62,694 nt of DNA from an uncultured Chloroflexia bacterium (GTDB lineage Bacteria; Chloroflexota; Limnocylindria; Limnocylindrales; CSP1-4): positions 1 through 62,694 of the forward strand of contig CAVVYR010000036.1 of NCBI GenBank assembly GCA_963752475.1, written 5' to 3'. This document shows positions 10,288 to 19,542 of the stretch, one piece after another. The notes under the pieces were generated by a model that was not told the DNA's origin, did not search any database, and saw nothing but the letters and a program-made list of their open reading frames with translations. Each line of letters starts with the position of its first letter. Within the stretch, counting starts at the first letter, position 1. A program made the translations under genes and the position numbers.

Positions 10288-10698
10288 TCAGCCGCGAAGC
10301 GATGCCACGAAGCTTGAGGGCGAATGGATGGGCAGATCCTCACCCAGCTCGAGCAGGTCGGCATCGCCGGTGATGAGGATCGCATCCGCTGTGGCTGCCA
10401 GCGCCAGCAGGTAGTCGTCGTCGGGGTCGCGCGAACGGACGCCCAACGGGTGGTCGCGGGGATCACCGACCGCGATGGCCGAGGCCCGCAGCCAGGCGAG
10501 GACTGCCGCGGCTTCGTCTTCCGGTATCCGCTTCCGAAGCTTCGGGTAGGCCAGGGCCCGTTCAAGCTCGCTCAGCAGGGCAGGGGAGACCACCAGCTCG
10601 AACGCCCCGTCGCTCCAGGCTCTCAACATCGCCGCAGGAGCGCCCCTGGGCGAGAGCAGAGCCGAGATGATGACGTTGGGGTCGAGGACGGCCCGCAC
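10288..10698 (-). CDS. PIN-family putative toxin
   Basis: MRAVLDPNVIISAL...RDPDDDYLL...LITGDADLL. Confidence 0.88.
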   Translation of the reverse strand: MRAVLDPNVIISALLSPRGAPAAMLRAWSDGAFELVVSPALLSELERALAYPKLRKRIPEDEAAAVLAWLRASAIAVGDPRDHPLGVRSRDPDDDYLLALAATADAILITGDADLLELGEDLPIHSPSSFVASLRG

Positions 10699-10701
10699 CG
10701 C

Positions 10702-10926
10702 CTAGCGCCGTCGAGCCGCGCGCTGTGCCTCGAGCGCGAGGTCCATGGCCTGGGCCGGCGCCATCTCGGCGTCGGCCCACAGCCGCTCGAGCAGCGCCAA
10801 TCCTAGGTCGCGGCGGAGGGCCTCCTCGATGACCTCGCTGTCGCCCTTGCCCGTGCGTGCGGCCTTGATCTTGACCGCTCGCAGGACCTCATCGTCGACC
10901 GTCAGTGTCGTTCGGACCTTCGTCAT
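10702..10926 (-). CDS. Ribbon-helix-helix (CopG-like) antitoxin
   Basis: RTTLTVDDEVLRAVKIKAA...SEVIEEALRR; directly upstream of the PIN gene. Confidence 0.85.
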   Translation of the reverse strand: MTKVRTTLTVDDEVLRAVKIKAARTGKGDSEVIEEALRRDLGLALLERLWADAEMAPAQAMDLALEAQRAARRR

Positions 10927-10932
10927 GCGCAC

Positions 10933-10950
10933 ACTATAGCATCATGATGC
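10933..10950 (-). promoter_or_regulatory. TA promoter: -10 TATAGT plus palindrome GCATCATGATGC
   Basis: Perfect 12-bp palindrome at 10939-10950 abuts TATAGT (minus strand), 6 nt before the ATG. Confidence 0.55.
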
Positions 10951-10996
10951 AGAGATGCAGGCAGCAGGGTGCCGCGAATCTGCGAGACGAGCAGTT

Positions 10997-11209
10997 CTAG
11001 CTCGGCTTGTCGGCAGACTCGGGTGGGTGGACCGTGTGGACCGTCCCGGCCGTGGGACGGAAGGTCGACTCGTGGCCATCGTCCCAGGCCACGCGGAAGC
11101 TGGTGCCGTAGTCGTGTTCGACGACCTCGAGGATGGTGCCCATACGCGGTGGCTCGTCCACCTTCTGGGAGTCCACCATGATGCGGTCGCCGACGGTAAC
11201 GCTGGTCAT
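10997..11209 (-). CDS. DUF1918-like small protein
   Basis: VGDRIMV...RMGTILEV...FRVAWDDGHES..P pattern; GAGGAGG SD. Confidence 0.75.
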   Translation of the reverse strand: MTSVTVGDRIMVDSQKVDEPPRMGTILEVVEHDYGTSFRVAWDDGHESTFRPTAGTVHTVHPPESADKPS

Positions 11210-11337
11210 CGAAGCCTCCTCATCACTGCGCGCGGATGCCGTCCTACGACGATACGACCGGTGACCAAGTGGCGAACAGAGCCATCGGTCACGGCTGGCT
11301 GATTCCCACGAGCGCCCGGCGCTGGCATGCTTGCGCC

Positions 11338-12807
11338 ATGCGTCCGCTCCTCCTCCCGCTTGCGTTGGCCCTGGCCCTGGTGCTCGCGCTGCTGCCGACC
11401 GCGGCGCTGACGCAGTCGGCCGGCGAGCCGCTTGTCTCGCTGGAGGTCGGCGGCAGTCCGCTCATCGTCGGCGAAGGTGACAGGCTGGCGGCCCGCGTGA
11501 CGCTGGCGGAGCCGGCCGAACTGCGTCTGCGTGCGGTGGACCACGACGGCCGCCTGGTGCGCGAGCTGTTCGAGGGCGGGCGCGACGCCGGTGTGCTCAA
11601 CGAGGGCTGGTTCGGGCGCGGCACCGGTGGTGACTTCGTGGCGCGTGGCCCGTATCGCATCATCGCCACTGCCACCGCCGCGTCGGATGGCCGAGTCGAA
11701 CGTGCGGAAGCCTGGGTCACCGTCGCCGACCGCGCCATCTACCCGGTCGCACCGGAGCTCATCACCGTCCTCGTCGATCCAGGCCACGGGGGTGACTACG
11801 ATGGCGCCGTGGGTCCCGACGGCACGCGGGAGGCCGATCTCAACCTCGACATCGGACGACGGCTGGCACGAATGCTGGAGGGCGCCGGGGTCAACGTCGT
11901 CACCACGCGAACGACCGACGCCAACGTCAACACGCCGCCGGAGGAGCGGACTGACGACGGCATCATCGACTACGACGACGAGCTGGCGGCGCGGCCGGAC
12001 ATGGCCAACCTCGCGCGAGCCGACCTCTTCCTCTCGATCCACAACAACACCGCCGTGAACACCTCGGTCGGCGGGCCCTCGACGTTCTACTTCGATGAGC
12101 GTCCCTTCGGCGCTCGCAACGCACGCCTCGCCCGCATCGTGCAGGAGGAGATGGTGGCGGCCCTGACCGAGGCCGTCGGCGGGGGGTGGGAGCCGTACGA
12201 CCACGGCGCCCTCATCTATCCCTACTACGTGCTGCGCGGCTACGATCCACCCCGCCTGCGGCGCCCCACGCAGATGCCCGGCGTGCTCAGCGAGGGCCTG
12301 TTCCTCTCCAACCCGTGGGAACTGGCCTTGCTCCGACGTCCCGACGTGCGCGCTGCCATTGCCGCTGCCTACTTCGACGCCATCGGCAAGTACCTCGCCC
12401 GGCGTGGCGCCCACGTCGGCTATGAGCTCGTCGACGGCCCGACCGAACCGGTCCCGGCGGGCGAGCCTGTGACCTACCAGGTCGAGCTGCAGAACAAGTC
12501 GAACGAGGCCATCCGCGGCTGGAACATAAAGGTCCTCGCGGTCGAGGCGCCCGATCGCTACGTCAGCCGCATCCGCGACGCGGTGACCGTGGGCGAGGTG
12601 GAGATCCCGCGGCTCGGACCCGGCGAACGTGAGGTCCTCGACGTGGAGATCAGCGCACCCGACGGAGGCGAGTGGACCCTGCTCTTCGATGCACGCGATA
12701 GTCGCGGCACCCGCGCCGCGGAGATGGGTGTCCCGCCCCTGCAGGCACGCCTCGACGTGGTCGCTCCCGAGTCCTCTGCCAGCCCCAGCGCGTCTCCCGA
12801 GGCCTGA
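11338..12807 (+). CDS. Secreted N-acetylmuramoyl-L-alanine amidase (Amidase_3) with flanking Ig-like domains
   Basis: Signal peptide; VLVDPGHGG.D.GA, READLNL, ADLFLSIHNN, LSEGLFLSN. Confidence 0.88.
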   Translation: MRPLLLPLALALALVLALLPTAALTQSAGEPLVSLEVGGSPLIVGEGDRLAARVTLAEPAELRLRAVDHDGRLVRELFEGGRDAGVLNEGWFGRGTGGDFVARGPYRIIATATAASDGRVERAEAWVTVADRAIYPVAPELITVLVDPGHGGDYDGAVGPDGTREADLNLDIGRRLARMLEGAGVNVVTTRTTDANVNTPPEERTDDGIIDYDDELAARPDMANLARADLFLSIHNNTAVNTSVGGPSTFYFDERPFGARNARLARIVQEEMVAALTEAVGGGWEPYDHGALIYPYYVLRGYDPPRLRRPTQMPGVLSEGLFLSNPWELALLRRPDVRAAIAAAYFDAIGKYLARRGAHVGYELVDGPTEPVPAGEPVTYQVELQNKSNEAIRGWNIKVLAVEAPDRYVSRIRDAVTVGEVEIPRLGPGEREVLDVEISAPDGGEWTLLFDARDSRGTRAAEMGVPPLQARLDVVAPESSASPSASPEA

Positions 12808-12965
12808 GGCCCGAGGCTGCCTAAAGGCGTGCTCGCCGGACCCGAATGAAGGCGCCGGCGCGCGGATCTAGAGGGTTCTCCTGATGTGCCGGCCGACCCT
12901 TTAGACGCATCGTCCTGCTCAGACGCGACACCCCCGGTCGCGAAGCAGCACGACAGGACGGACCG

Positions 12966-13157
12966 ATGAACGACTTCCACATGATGAACCTGGCCAACGA
13001 TCGTATCGCCGAGCGTCGTGCCGACGCGGACCGCTCCCGCCTGGTGCACTTGGGTCATGCCGAGAACACGACGAGGCGCCGGGAGCCCCGAACGCGTCGC
13101 CTAGGCGGCCTTGTCCCGACCCTCGGCTCGCTCCTCCACCGCGTCGCGGCTCTCTAG
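12966..13157 (+). CDS. Small hypothetical protein upstream of the LuxR-ATPase
   Basis: AGGA-like SD; 63-aa ORF filling the intergenic gap in the same direction as its neighbours. Confidence 0.55.
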   Translation: MNDFHMMNLANDRIAERRADADRSRLVHLGHAENTTRRREPRTRRLGGLVPTLGSLLHRVAAL

Positions 13158-13208
13158 CCACGGCCAACTCGACGGGATCGACCCCGCGATCGGACTGAAA
13201 GCCCCCGT

Positions 13209-16184
13209 ATGATCGAGCTCATGGCACGCAGGATGACCAGCTCCGAGTTGGTCGGCCGCAGCGAAGCGGTGAAGATGCTTGGTTCCTTGGTCCGAGACGC
13301 GATCGAGGGACGGCCCCGGCACGCCATCGTCGGTGGCGAAGCCGGCGTAGGCAAGACCCGGTTGCTGGCCGAGGCCCGAACGCGGGCGGAGGCTGACGGC
13401 GTGCGGGTCCTTCGCGGCGGCTGTGTCTCGATGGGCGCCGAGGGCCTGCCCTTCGCGCCGTATACCGAGATCATCCGTTCGCTGGTGGCCCGGGACGGGG
13501 CGCCCGCGGTCGTCGCCGCGGCCGGCCGCGGCGCACCCGACCTTGCTCGCCTGGTGCCGGCGCTCGACACGGGCGAGGCGCCACCCGACCAGGAGCTGTG
13601 GGCGCAGACCCGACTCTACGAAGCCCTGCTCGACCTCTTCGGTCGGCTGGCCGAACGGCAGCCGTTGGTGCTCCAGCTGGAGGATCTGCACTGGGCCGAT
13701 GCCGGCTCCTTGGCCGCGACCTCCTTCCTGCTCCGGGCCATCGACACCGAGCCCATCACCATCGCGGCCAGCTACCGCGCCGACGAAGTCACGCGCAAGC
13801 ACCCCATCCGGCCCTGGCTGGCGGAGGTCGTGCGGTCGGCCAGCGTCGAGCGCATCGAGCTCGAGCCACTTGCGCTGGACGACGTGTCATCGCTCATCGC
13901 CGACATCCAGGGGAGCGGGCTATCGGACCGTGAGGTTGCCCAGATCCACGAGCGCTCCGATGGCAACCCCTTCTTCGTCGAGGAGCTGCTTTGCTGTCGT
14001 GCTGACTACGGTGAGTCGCTGCCGGCTTCGCTGCGGGACGTGCTGCTATCTCGCGTCGATGCCCTCGACGACGGCCCACGACGGCTGCTCGGCGTGGCTG
14101 CCGTCGGTGGTCGCGAGGTCGAGCACGAGGTCCTCATGGCCGTGGCCGACCGCGACGAGGCCGCTGCTGACGTACGTACGCTCGTCGATGCCGGTCTGTT
14201 GCTTCCCACCCGCGCCCTCGACGGCGACGACGCCTACAGCTTCCGGCACGCGCTGGTCCAGGAGGCCGTGTACGAGTCCATGCTTCCGACCGAGCGCCGC
14301 CGGCTCCACCAGCGATGGGGCGAGTACCTCGGCGACCACTCGCTCGGTTCGGTAGGGGACCTGGTCCAGCTGGCATTCCACTGGCGCGAGGCTAGGGATC
14401 CGCGCGCGCTTGCCGCCAGCATCGCCGCTGGAGATGGCGCCATGGCGTCCTACTCCTACGAGATCGCAGCCCGGGAGTTCGGGGAAGCCCTGCTGCTGTG
14501 GCAGGAGGATGTGCGCGGGGACCTCGACCTGGACCACATAGAGCTCCTCGAACGCCACGCTCGCTCGTCCTATCTGGCCTCTGACTTCCGAACCTCTGGG
14601 GCATCGTGCCAGGAGGCGCTGGACGAGCTGGGCGACACCGATCCCGCACGTCGCACCACGCTGCTCGTGTTGCTTGGGCGGAGCCAGTGGGTCAACGGTG
14701 ACTGGGGTTCCGCGACCGACACCTATGAGCTCGCGCTCGAGACCGCACCGAGCGAGCCGCCGATCGTGCGGGTGCGGGCGCTGGCGGGGCTCGGTCAGGC
14801 CTACATGCTGAACGCCCGCCACCGTGACGCACGGCCGCTGCTCGAAGCTGCCATCGAGGGTGCCCACGGCATCGGCGCCCGCGACGTCGAAGGGCATGCG
14901 CTCAACTCGCTGTCGGCCGTGCTTGCCAGCCTCGGCGAGACCGAGGAGGGCGCAGCCTCGATCAGAGCCGCTCGGGATATCGCGCTCGAGCTGAGCATCC
15001 CCGATGACATCGGTCGGGCCTATGTCAACCAGGTCGATATCGAGGGCTGGTCGGGGTATCCGGAACGCGCGCTGGAGACTGCGCTCGAGGGCATGCGCGT
15101 CGCGGCCGTGTGGGGCGTGGCCTCCAGCTACGGTGCCTACATCGGGTACGGCGGGGTGTCGGCCGCGTTCGAGCTCGGGCGCTGGGACCAGGCCGCGGAG
15201 CTGGTAGAGAAGGCTGATCGCACGCTCGGGGCCGAGGTCGGAACCTTTCTCTATCGCGCGATCTACGTCGCCGAACTCTTCGCCTGTCGTGGCGATGAGC
15301 GCTTCGAGGCGGTCTGGGAGCGTGCCTCGCGCATGATCATGGACACGCCACCGTCCGATCACATGGGGCTCCTGTTCGTGGGCGGCATCCAGCACGCCCT
15401 GCTCGGAGGTGACCTTGCTCGCGCCGTCGAGCACACGCAGCAGGCCGTCGCCGTCCTCTCCTCGGTCGATGCCGGCGTGCGTCTGCTGGAGCTTGTGCGC
15501 GTAGGGTCCTGGGCCTTGGGCGAGGAGGGCGCGACCGCTCGTCTCGCCGGGGACGAGGCCAAGCTGGCGCGCGCCCGCGCGACCCTGGCGGAGATGCAGG
15601 CGGTGGCGGACGAGCGTCGTACAGCGTTGAACCCCAGCGGACGTCTGGCCGAGGTCGCAGGCCTTGACATGGATGAGATCGAGGCCTGGCGCCAGCGTCT
15701 CGAGGGGAGCGATACCGCCGCACGGTGGCACGATCTGGCGGAGGCCTGGGCCGAGCTGGACCGCCCGTACCGGGTGACGCTGGCCCGTTGGCACGAGGCG
15801 GAGGCGGCCGAGGCCGCGGGCGACCGGGATGGCGCCGTGGCGGCGCTTCGGCTGGCCTATGACAGCGCTGTCGAGCTGGGCGCGCGGCCGCTGATGCACC
15901 GGCTCGAGACCATGGCCCGACGGCTGCGCTCGCGACTTGGGGGCAGCACCGCTCGGTCCGGCGGAAGCCCTGAGCGGGCCTACGGCCTGACGAAGCGCGA
16001 GCAGGAGGTGCTGGCGGAGGTCGCCGCCGGGCGTACCAACCGCGAGATCGCCGAGAGCCTCTTCATCAGCGAATCGACCGCCGGGGTCCACGTCAGCAAC
16101 ATCCTCGGCAAGCTGGGCGTCTCCACCCGCACCGAAGCGGCGCGTGTCGCTCTCGACCAAGGGCTCGTCGATACGGGTGGCTGA
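13209..16184 (+). CDS. LuxR-family regulator with N-terminal AAA ATPase and TPR-like region (MalT/LAL-like)
   Basis: GEAGVGKT Walker A, LEDLHWAD Walker B, GNPFFVEEL, C-terminal LTKREQEVL...TNREIAESLFISESTAGVHVSNILGKLGV. Confidence 0.93.
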   Translation: MIELMARRMTSSELVGRSEAVKMLGSLVRDAIEGRPRHAIVGGEAGVGKTRLLAEARTRAEADGVRVLRGGCVSMGAEGLPFAPYTEIIRSLVARDGAPAVVAAAGRGAPDLARLVPALDTGEAPPDQELWAQTRLYEALLDLFGRLAERQPLVLQLEDLHWADAGSLAATSFLLRAIDTEPITIAASYRADEVTRKHPIRPWLAEVVRSASVERIELEPLALDDVSSLIADIQGSGLSDREVAQIHERSDGNPFFVEELLCCRADYGESLPASLRDVLLSRVDALDDGPRRLLGVAAVGGREVEHEVLMAVADRDEAAADVRTLVDAGLLLPTRALDGDDAYSFRHALVQEAVYESMLPTERRRLHQRWGEYLGDHSLGSVGDLVQLAFHWREARDPRALAASIAAGDGAMASYSYEIAAREFGEALLLWQEDVRGDLDLDHIELLERHARSSYLASDFRTSGASCQEALDELGDTDPARRTTLLVLLGRSQWVNGDWGSATDTYELALETAPSEPPIVRVRALAGLGQAYMLNARHRDARPLLEAAIEGAHGIGARDVEGHALNSLSAVLASLGETEEGAASIRAARDIALELSIPDDIGRAYVNQVDIEGWSGYPERALETALEGMRVAAVWGVASSYGAYIGYGGVSAAFELGRWDQAAELVEKADRTLGAEVGTFLYRAIYVAELFACRGDERFEAVWERASRMIMDTPPSDHMGLLFVGGIQHALLGGDLARAVEHTQQAVAVLSSVDAGVRLLELVRVGSWALGEEGATARLAGDEAKLARARATLAEMQAVADERRTALNPSGRLAEVAGLDMDEIEAWRQRLEGSDTAARWHDLAEAWAELDRPYRVTLARWHEAEAAEAAGDRDGAVAALRLAYDSAVELGARPLMHRLETMARRLRSRLGGSTARSGGSPERAYGLTKREQEVLAEVAAGRTNREIAESLFISESTAGVHVSNILGKLGVSTRTEAARVALDQGLVDTGG

Positions 16185-16234
16185 GAGCGCCCCCGCTGGC
16201 GCAGGGGCGCAGGGGATCGGGACCGGAGGCCAGG

Positions 16235-16765
16235 TCAGTCGGGCAGCTGCTCGGCGTCGGGCATGGGCGGCAGTCCGCCCTCCCAGATGAGGCCCTCTGG
16301 CTGGCCCACGCCATAGGCATCGGTGGAGTTGGTCGTCACATACGTCAGGCCCTCGTATCCCCCGCTGCCCTCCATGACGGCGATGCGGAACTCGTCGCCA
16401 TCGGGGTATCTGAGGACGGTGGCTGGGCCTTGCCATACCCCGCCGTCGTTGACCAGTCGAGCCAGGCCCGTACCTCGGGTGAGCGCGCCCGCCTCGTCGT
16501 AGGTGTAGACGACGTCCAGGTCACCCGTAATGCGCGGGTCGGTGCTCTCGACGATCACGCTGAAGCCCACCGTGCGGCGAGTGCCCCATGGCAACACCTC
16601 GGTGTCGCTGTCCACCGAGAAATACCTGGCACCCTGCTCGGTCCCGGTCAGGTACGTCGGCGTAGGCAGCATCTCGTCTGCCTCCGACTGGGCCATCATG
16701 ATGCCCGGTGTCAGTGTCAGGGCCAGGGTCAACAGGCCTCCGCCGGCCATCTTCGCGGTACGCAT
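16235..16765 (-). CDS. Secreted protein homologous to the adjacent anti-sigma extracellular domain
   Basis: ATG at 16765 after AGGGGG; signal peptide ending MA-QSE; shares DPRI.G, N..G.W.GP, YP.G, GSG.Y.G.TY and EG.IW...P.MPD with 16827..17528. Confidence 0.8.
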   Translation of the reverse strand: MRTAKMAGGGLLTLALTLTPGIMMAQSEADEMLPTPTYLTGTEQGARYFSVDSDTEVLPWGTRRTVGFSVIVESTDPRITGDLDVVYTYDEAGALTRGTGLARLVNDGGVWQGPATVLRYPDGDEFRIAVMEGSGGYEGLTYVTTNSTDAYGVGQPEGLIWEGGLPPMPDAEQLPD

Positions 16766-16826
16766 CTCGTACCCCCTTTGCTGTTCAGGATGGAGTGGGT
16801 GCTGCCGCGTCCTCGGGCCCGAGGGC

Positions 16827-17528
16827 TCACGGCAGCAGTGACGGGTCGGGCATCGCGGGTGGCTCATCCGGCCAGATGGCTCCCTCGAGTGTCCGGTCCG
16901 TTCCAGATGGTTGGTCGTAGATGGCGTAGTGGTAGGTGAAGCCGGCATAGGCGCCGGACCCGGCGAGGGCGGCGGTCTCGACGAGCTCGCCGCCGGGATA
17001 GCCGACCAGGTCGACCGGTCCATCCCAGGTTCCCCATGCGTTCTGCAGGTGCATCACGCCACGTGCGATGGACATGCCCGACTCGGTGTCCAGCAGGATC
17101 TCGAACTCCTGACGGGCCACCCCGTCGATCCTTGGGTCCTCGACCGCGAACTCGAGCGTGCGGGTCAGTCGCCCGGGGGTCGTGCTCTCGTCATTCATGC
17201 TGGCGACACCTGCGATGGTGCGTGTCTCGCTCGGAGTCATCCCTGGTGCCGGGCCCACCTGATGCATCGATGGGAGTGACAGGATCAGGCCCACGAGCAA
17301 CAGGCCCGCCATGACCGCGGCCACGGGGACGACGCGGGCCAACCCGCTCGTCGAACGCCACTGCGCCATGAGCTGCGACGGGATGCTGAACCAGCGCTGG
17401 ACGCCTCGCCGCTGCCGGCGCCCGGCCGTCTGCTCGAGCGCGCGGTCCACGACCTCGGCCGGGGCCATGTTGGGCCCGTCGGAGAGCCATTCGGCCAGGC
17501 GGCGTTCGAAGTCCTGCTCGGGCGTCAT
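16827..17528 (-). CDS. Putative membrane anti-sigma factor
   Basis: ATGA overlap with the ECF gene; cytoplasmic N-terminus (DFERRLAEWL...RQRR..W), one TM helix, extracellular domain. Confidence 0.75.
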   Translation of the reverse strand: MTPEQDFERRLAEWLSDGPNMAPAEVVDRALEQTAGRRQRRGVQRWFSIPSQLMAQWRSTSGLARVVPVAAVMAGLLLVGLILSLPSMHQVGPAPGMTPSETRTIAGVASMNDESTTPGRLTRTLEFAVEDPRIDGVARQEFEILLDTESGMSIARGVMHLQNAWGTWDGPVDLVGYPGGELVETAALAGSGAYAGFTYHYAIYDQPSGTDRTLEGAIWPDEPPAMPDPSLLP

Positions 17529-18073
17529 GCCGGTCCCTCCCAGGCTTCGGTCGTGCGGGCCTCGGACTCGAGGGCAGCTCGCAGGCTGCGCACCGCGTAG
17601 TGCAGGCGCGAACCCACCGTGCCCGGCGAGATGTCCAGCGCGTCGGCGATCTCGCCCAGCGTGAGGCCCAGGTAGTAGTGCAGCACGAGCACAGCACGGT
17701 GCTCGGGCGAAAGGTGACGGAAGCCGCGTTCCATCTCGTCCTGGTCGGCGACCTCGGCCACGAAGGCGGTGGTATCAGGCTCGGGTCGTTTGGGCATGGG
17801 CAGCGCGAAGTGCCGCTCACGCTTGGCCAGCCGGTAGCAGCAACGGCACGTTACGCGTGCTGCCCACGCGTCGAAGCGGTCCGGATCGCGTAGCCCAGGC
17901 AGGTCATCCCACACCTTCACCAGGGCCTCCTGCAGGGCATCGTTGGCGAGGTCGGCGTCGCGCAGGATGCGGTAGGCGATCGCGTACAGTCGGCCGGCGC
18001 TGGCGCGGACCACAGCCTCGAAGGCCTCGTGGTCGCCACGCCCGGCCTGCTCGACCAGCTCGCGCAACTGCAT
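17525..18073 (-). CDS. ECF-type RNA polymerase sigma factor
   Basis: GDHEAF, DALQEALVKVW, LRDPDRFDAW, region 4 EIADALDISPGTVGSRLHYA. Confidence 0.92.
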   Translation of the reverse strand: MQLRELVEQAGRGDHEAFEAVVRASAGRLYAIAYRILRDADLANDALQEALVKVWDDLPGLRDPDRFDAWAARVTCRCCYRLAKRERHFALPMPKRPEPDTTAFVAEVADQDEMERGFRHLSPEHRAVLVLHYYLGLTLGEIADALDISPGTVGSRLHYAVRSLRAALESEARTTEAWEGPA

Positions 18074-18222
18074 CTGCTTCGCTTCCCCCTGCCGTCGTTG
18101 ACTGGCATCTACCCCTATGGGGCCCGCGGACGGCCGTCCTCTTCGATCTTCGTGCAGCGCGCATTCAGGCTACTCCCCCTGCCGGTCCGTTCAAGCATCT
18201 CCGACCGGGCATCATGCGAGCC

Positions 18223-18414
18223 ATGACCGAGGTGCTCCTTGTCTGGCTGGTGCTCTACGCGGGCCTGCTGGCAGCCGTCGGCTTCGTGCTCGTGATCGTG
18301 CGCGGCTCCACGGGCCGGCCGCGTTCGGCCGTGGCCCTGCTGCGAACCGCCTCGATCATCGCCTTCGTCCTGGCGCTGGTGCTCTGGATCGGGCTGCTGA
18401 TCATCGACCGATGA
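18223..18414 (+). CDS. Small two-TM membrane protein
   Basis: Two strongly hydrophobic segments within 63 aa. Confidence 0.6.
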   Translation: MTEVLLVWLVLYAGLLAAVGFVLVIVRGSTGRPRSAVALLRTASIIAFVLALVLWIGLLIIDR

Positions 18415-18459
18415 GTGGCCCTGGCCGCGAGCACCGCGACAGCGGTCGGGCGACCCCCG

Positions 18460-19542
18460 CTACGGCGTGGGTGCCTCTCGGGGCAGCAGGCCCTCGTGTT
18501 TGAGCTCGGCCCAGAGGTCGTCGGGGATGGGGAAGCGCATGGCCGCATCGTTGGCCACCACGTGCTCGGGCGCACGCGGCCCGATGACGATGGCCGGCAC
18601 GGCCGGGTGGTGCAGCGGGAACTGCACCGCGGCCACGGCCAGGGGCACTTCGTGGCGGTCGCATACGGCCTTGATGGCGGCGGCCCTGTCGATGACCGGC
18701 TGCTCCGCGGGCTGATAGTCGAAGGTGACGTTGTCCGACCAGCTGCCGATGCCCGCGGCCTCACGGCTGACGCCGCGGATGGAGCCCGGGTCCGGGTGCG
18801 CCAGGACGCCGCTATTGAAGACGCCGGCGCCGATGACGGCTACCCCACGCTCCTCGCACAGTGGCATCAGTCGGGGCAGCGCCGTCTGGTCCAGGAGCGT
18901 GTAGCGACCGGCGAGGAGGATGGCGTCGTAGTCGCCCCGCTCGAGCAGCCACATGTGGCAGTCCCAGTTGTTGGAGCCGATGCCAATCGCGCTCACCACG
19001 CCGGCGGAACGCAGCTCGTCGAGGGCGCGATAGGCTCCGTCCGCGGCCTCCTCCATGTACAGCTCGGGATCGTGGATGTGGACGATGTCGAAGCGGTCGA
19101 TGCCGGTCCGCTCGCGGCTGGCCTCGAGCGAGCGCATGACCCCGTCGTAGGTGTAGTCGTAGTACGGGACCGCCGGGCCGGTGTCTCGGTAGAGCAGCTC
19201 ACCCTGATAGAGCATCATCTGGTCCTTGCGCTCGGGTGGGCCGTCGGTCTGCAGCAGGCGCCCGACCTTGGTGGTCAGCGCGAAGTCGTCGCGCGGGTGT
19301 TCGCGCAAGACGTCGCCCACGAAGCGCTCGGCGAAGCCGAAGCCGTACAGCGGGGCCGTGTCGTAGAAGCGGATACCTTCCGACCAGGCGGCTTCGACCG
19401 TCCTCCGCGCGGTCTCGTAGGGGATGGCTTCCATCAGACCTGCCAGCGGGTTGGTGCCGATGCCCATGCGCGTGACCTGCACATCGGTCCGGCCAAGCCG
19501 GACGACCGCCGTCGGCTCGAAGCCCGATCCGGGTTCGCTCAA
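18460..19542 (-). CDS. Aldo/keto reductase (aldose dehydrogenase-like)
   Basis: YDTAPLYGFG.AE, TTKVGR, HIHDP, LAGRYTLLDQ, GVFNSG. Confidence 0.9.
   Translation of the reverse strand: MSEPGSGFEPTAVVRLGRTDVQVTRMGIGTNPLAGLMEAIPYETARRTVEAAWSEGIRFYDTAPLYGFGFAERFVGDVLREHPRDDFALTTKVGRLLQTDGPPERKDQMMLYQGELLYRDTGPAVPYYDYTYDGVMRSLEASRERTGIDRFDIVHIHDPELYMEEAADGAYRALDELRSAGVVSAIGIGSNNWDCHMWLLERGDYDAILLAGRYTLLDQTALPRLMPLCEERGVAVIGAGVFNSGVLAHPDPGSIRGVSREAAGIGSWSDNVTFDYQPAEQPVIDRAAAIKAVCDRHEVPLAVAAVQFPLHHPAVPAIVIGPRAPEHVVANDAAMRFPIPDDLWAELKHEGLLPREAPTP

Noticed and set aside
14046-16436. 796-aa antisense ORF and many similar long shadow ORFs (e.g. 30265..31800, 52042..53508, 59794..60906)
   Set aside because: They lie opposite well-supported genes and are expected in high-GC DNA with few stop codons; no motifs.
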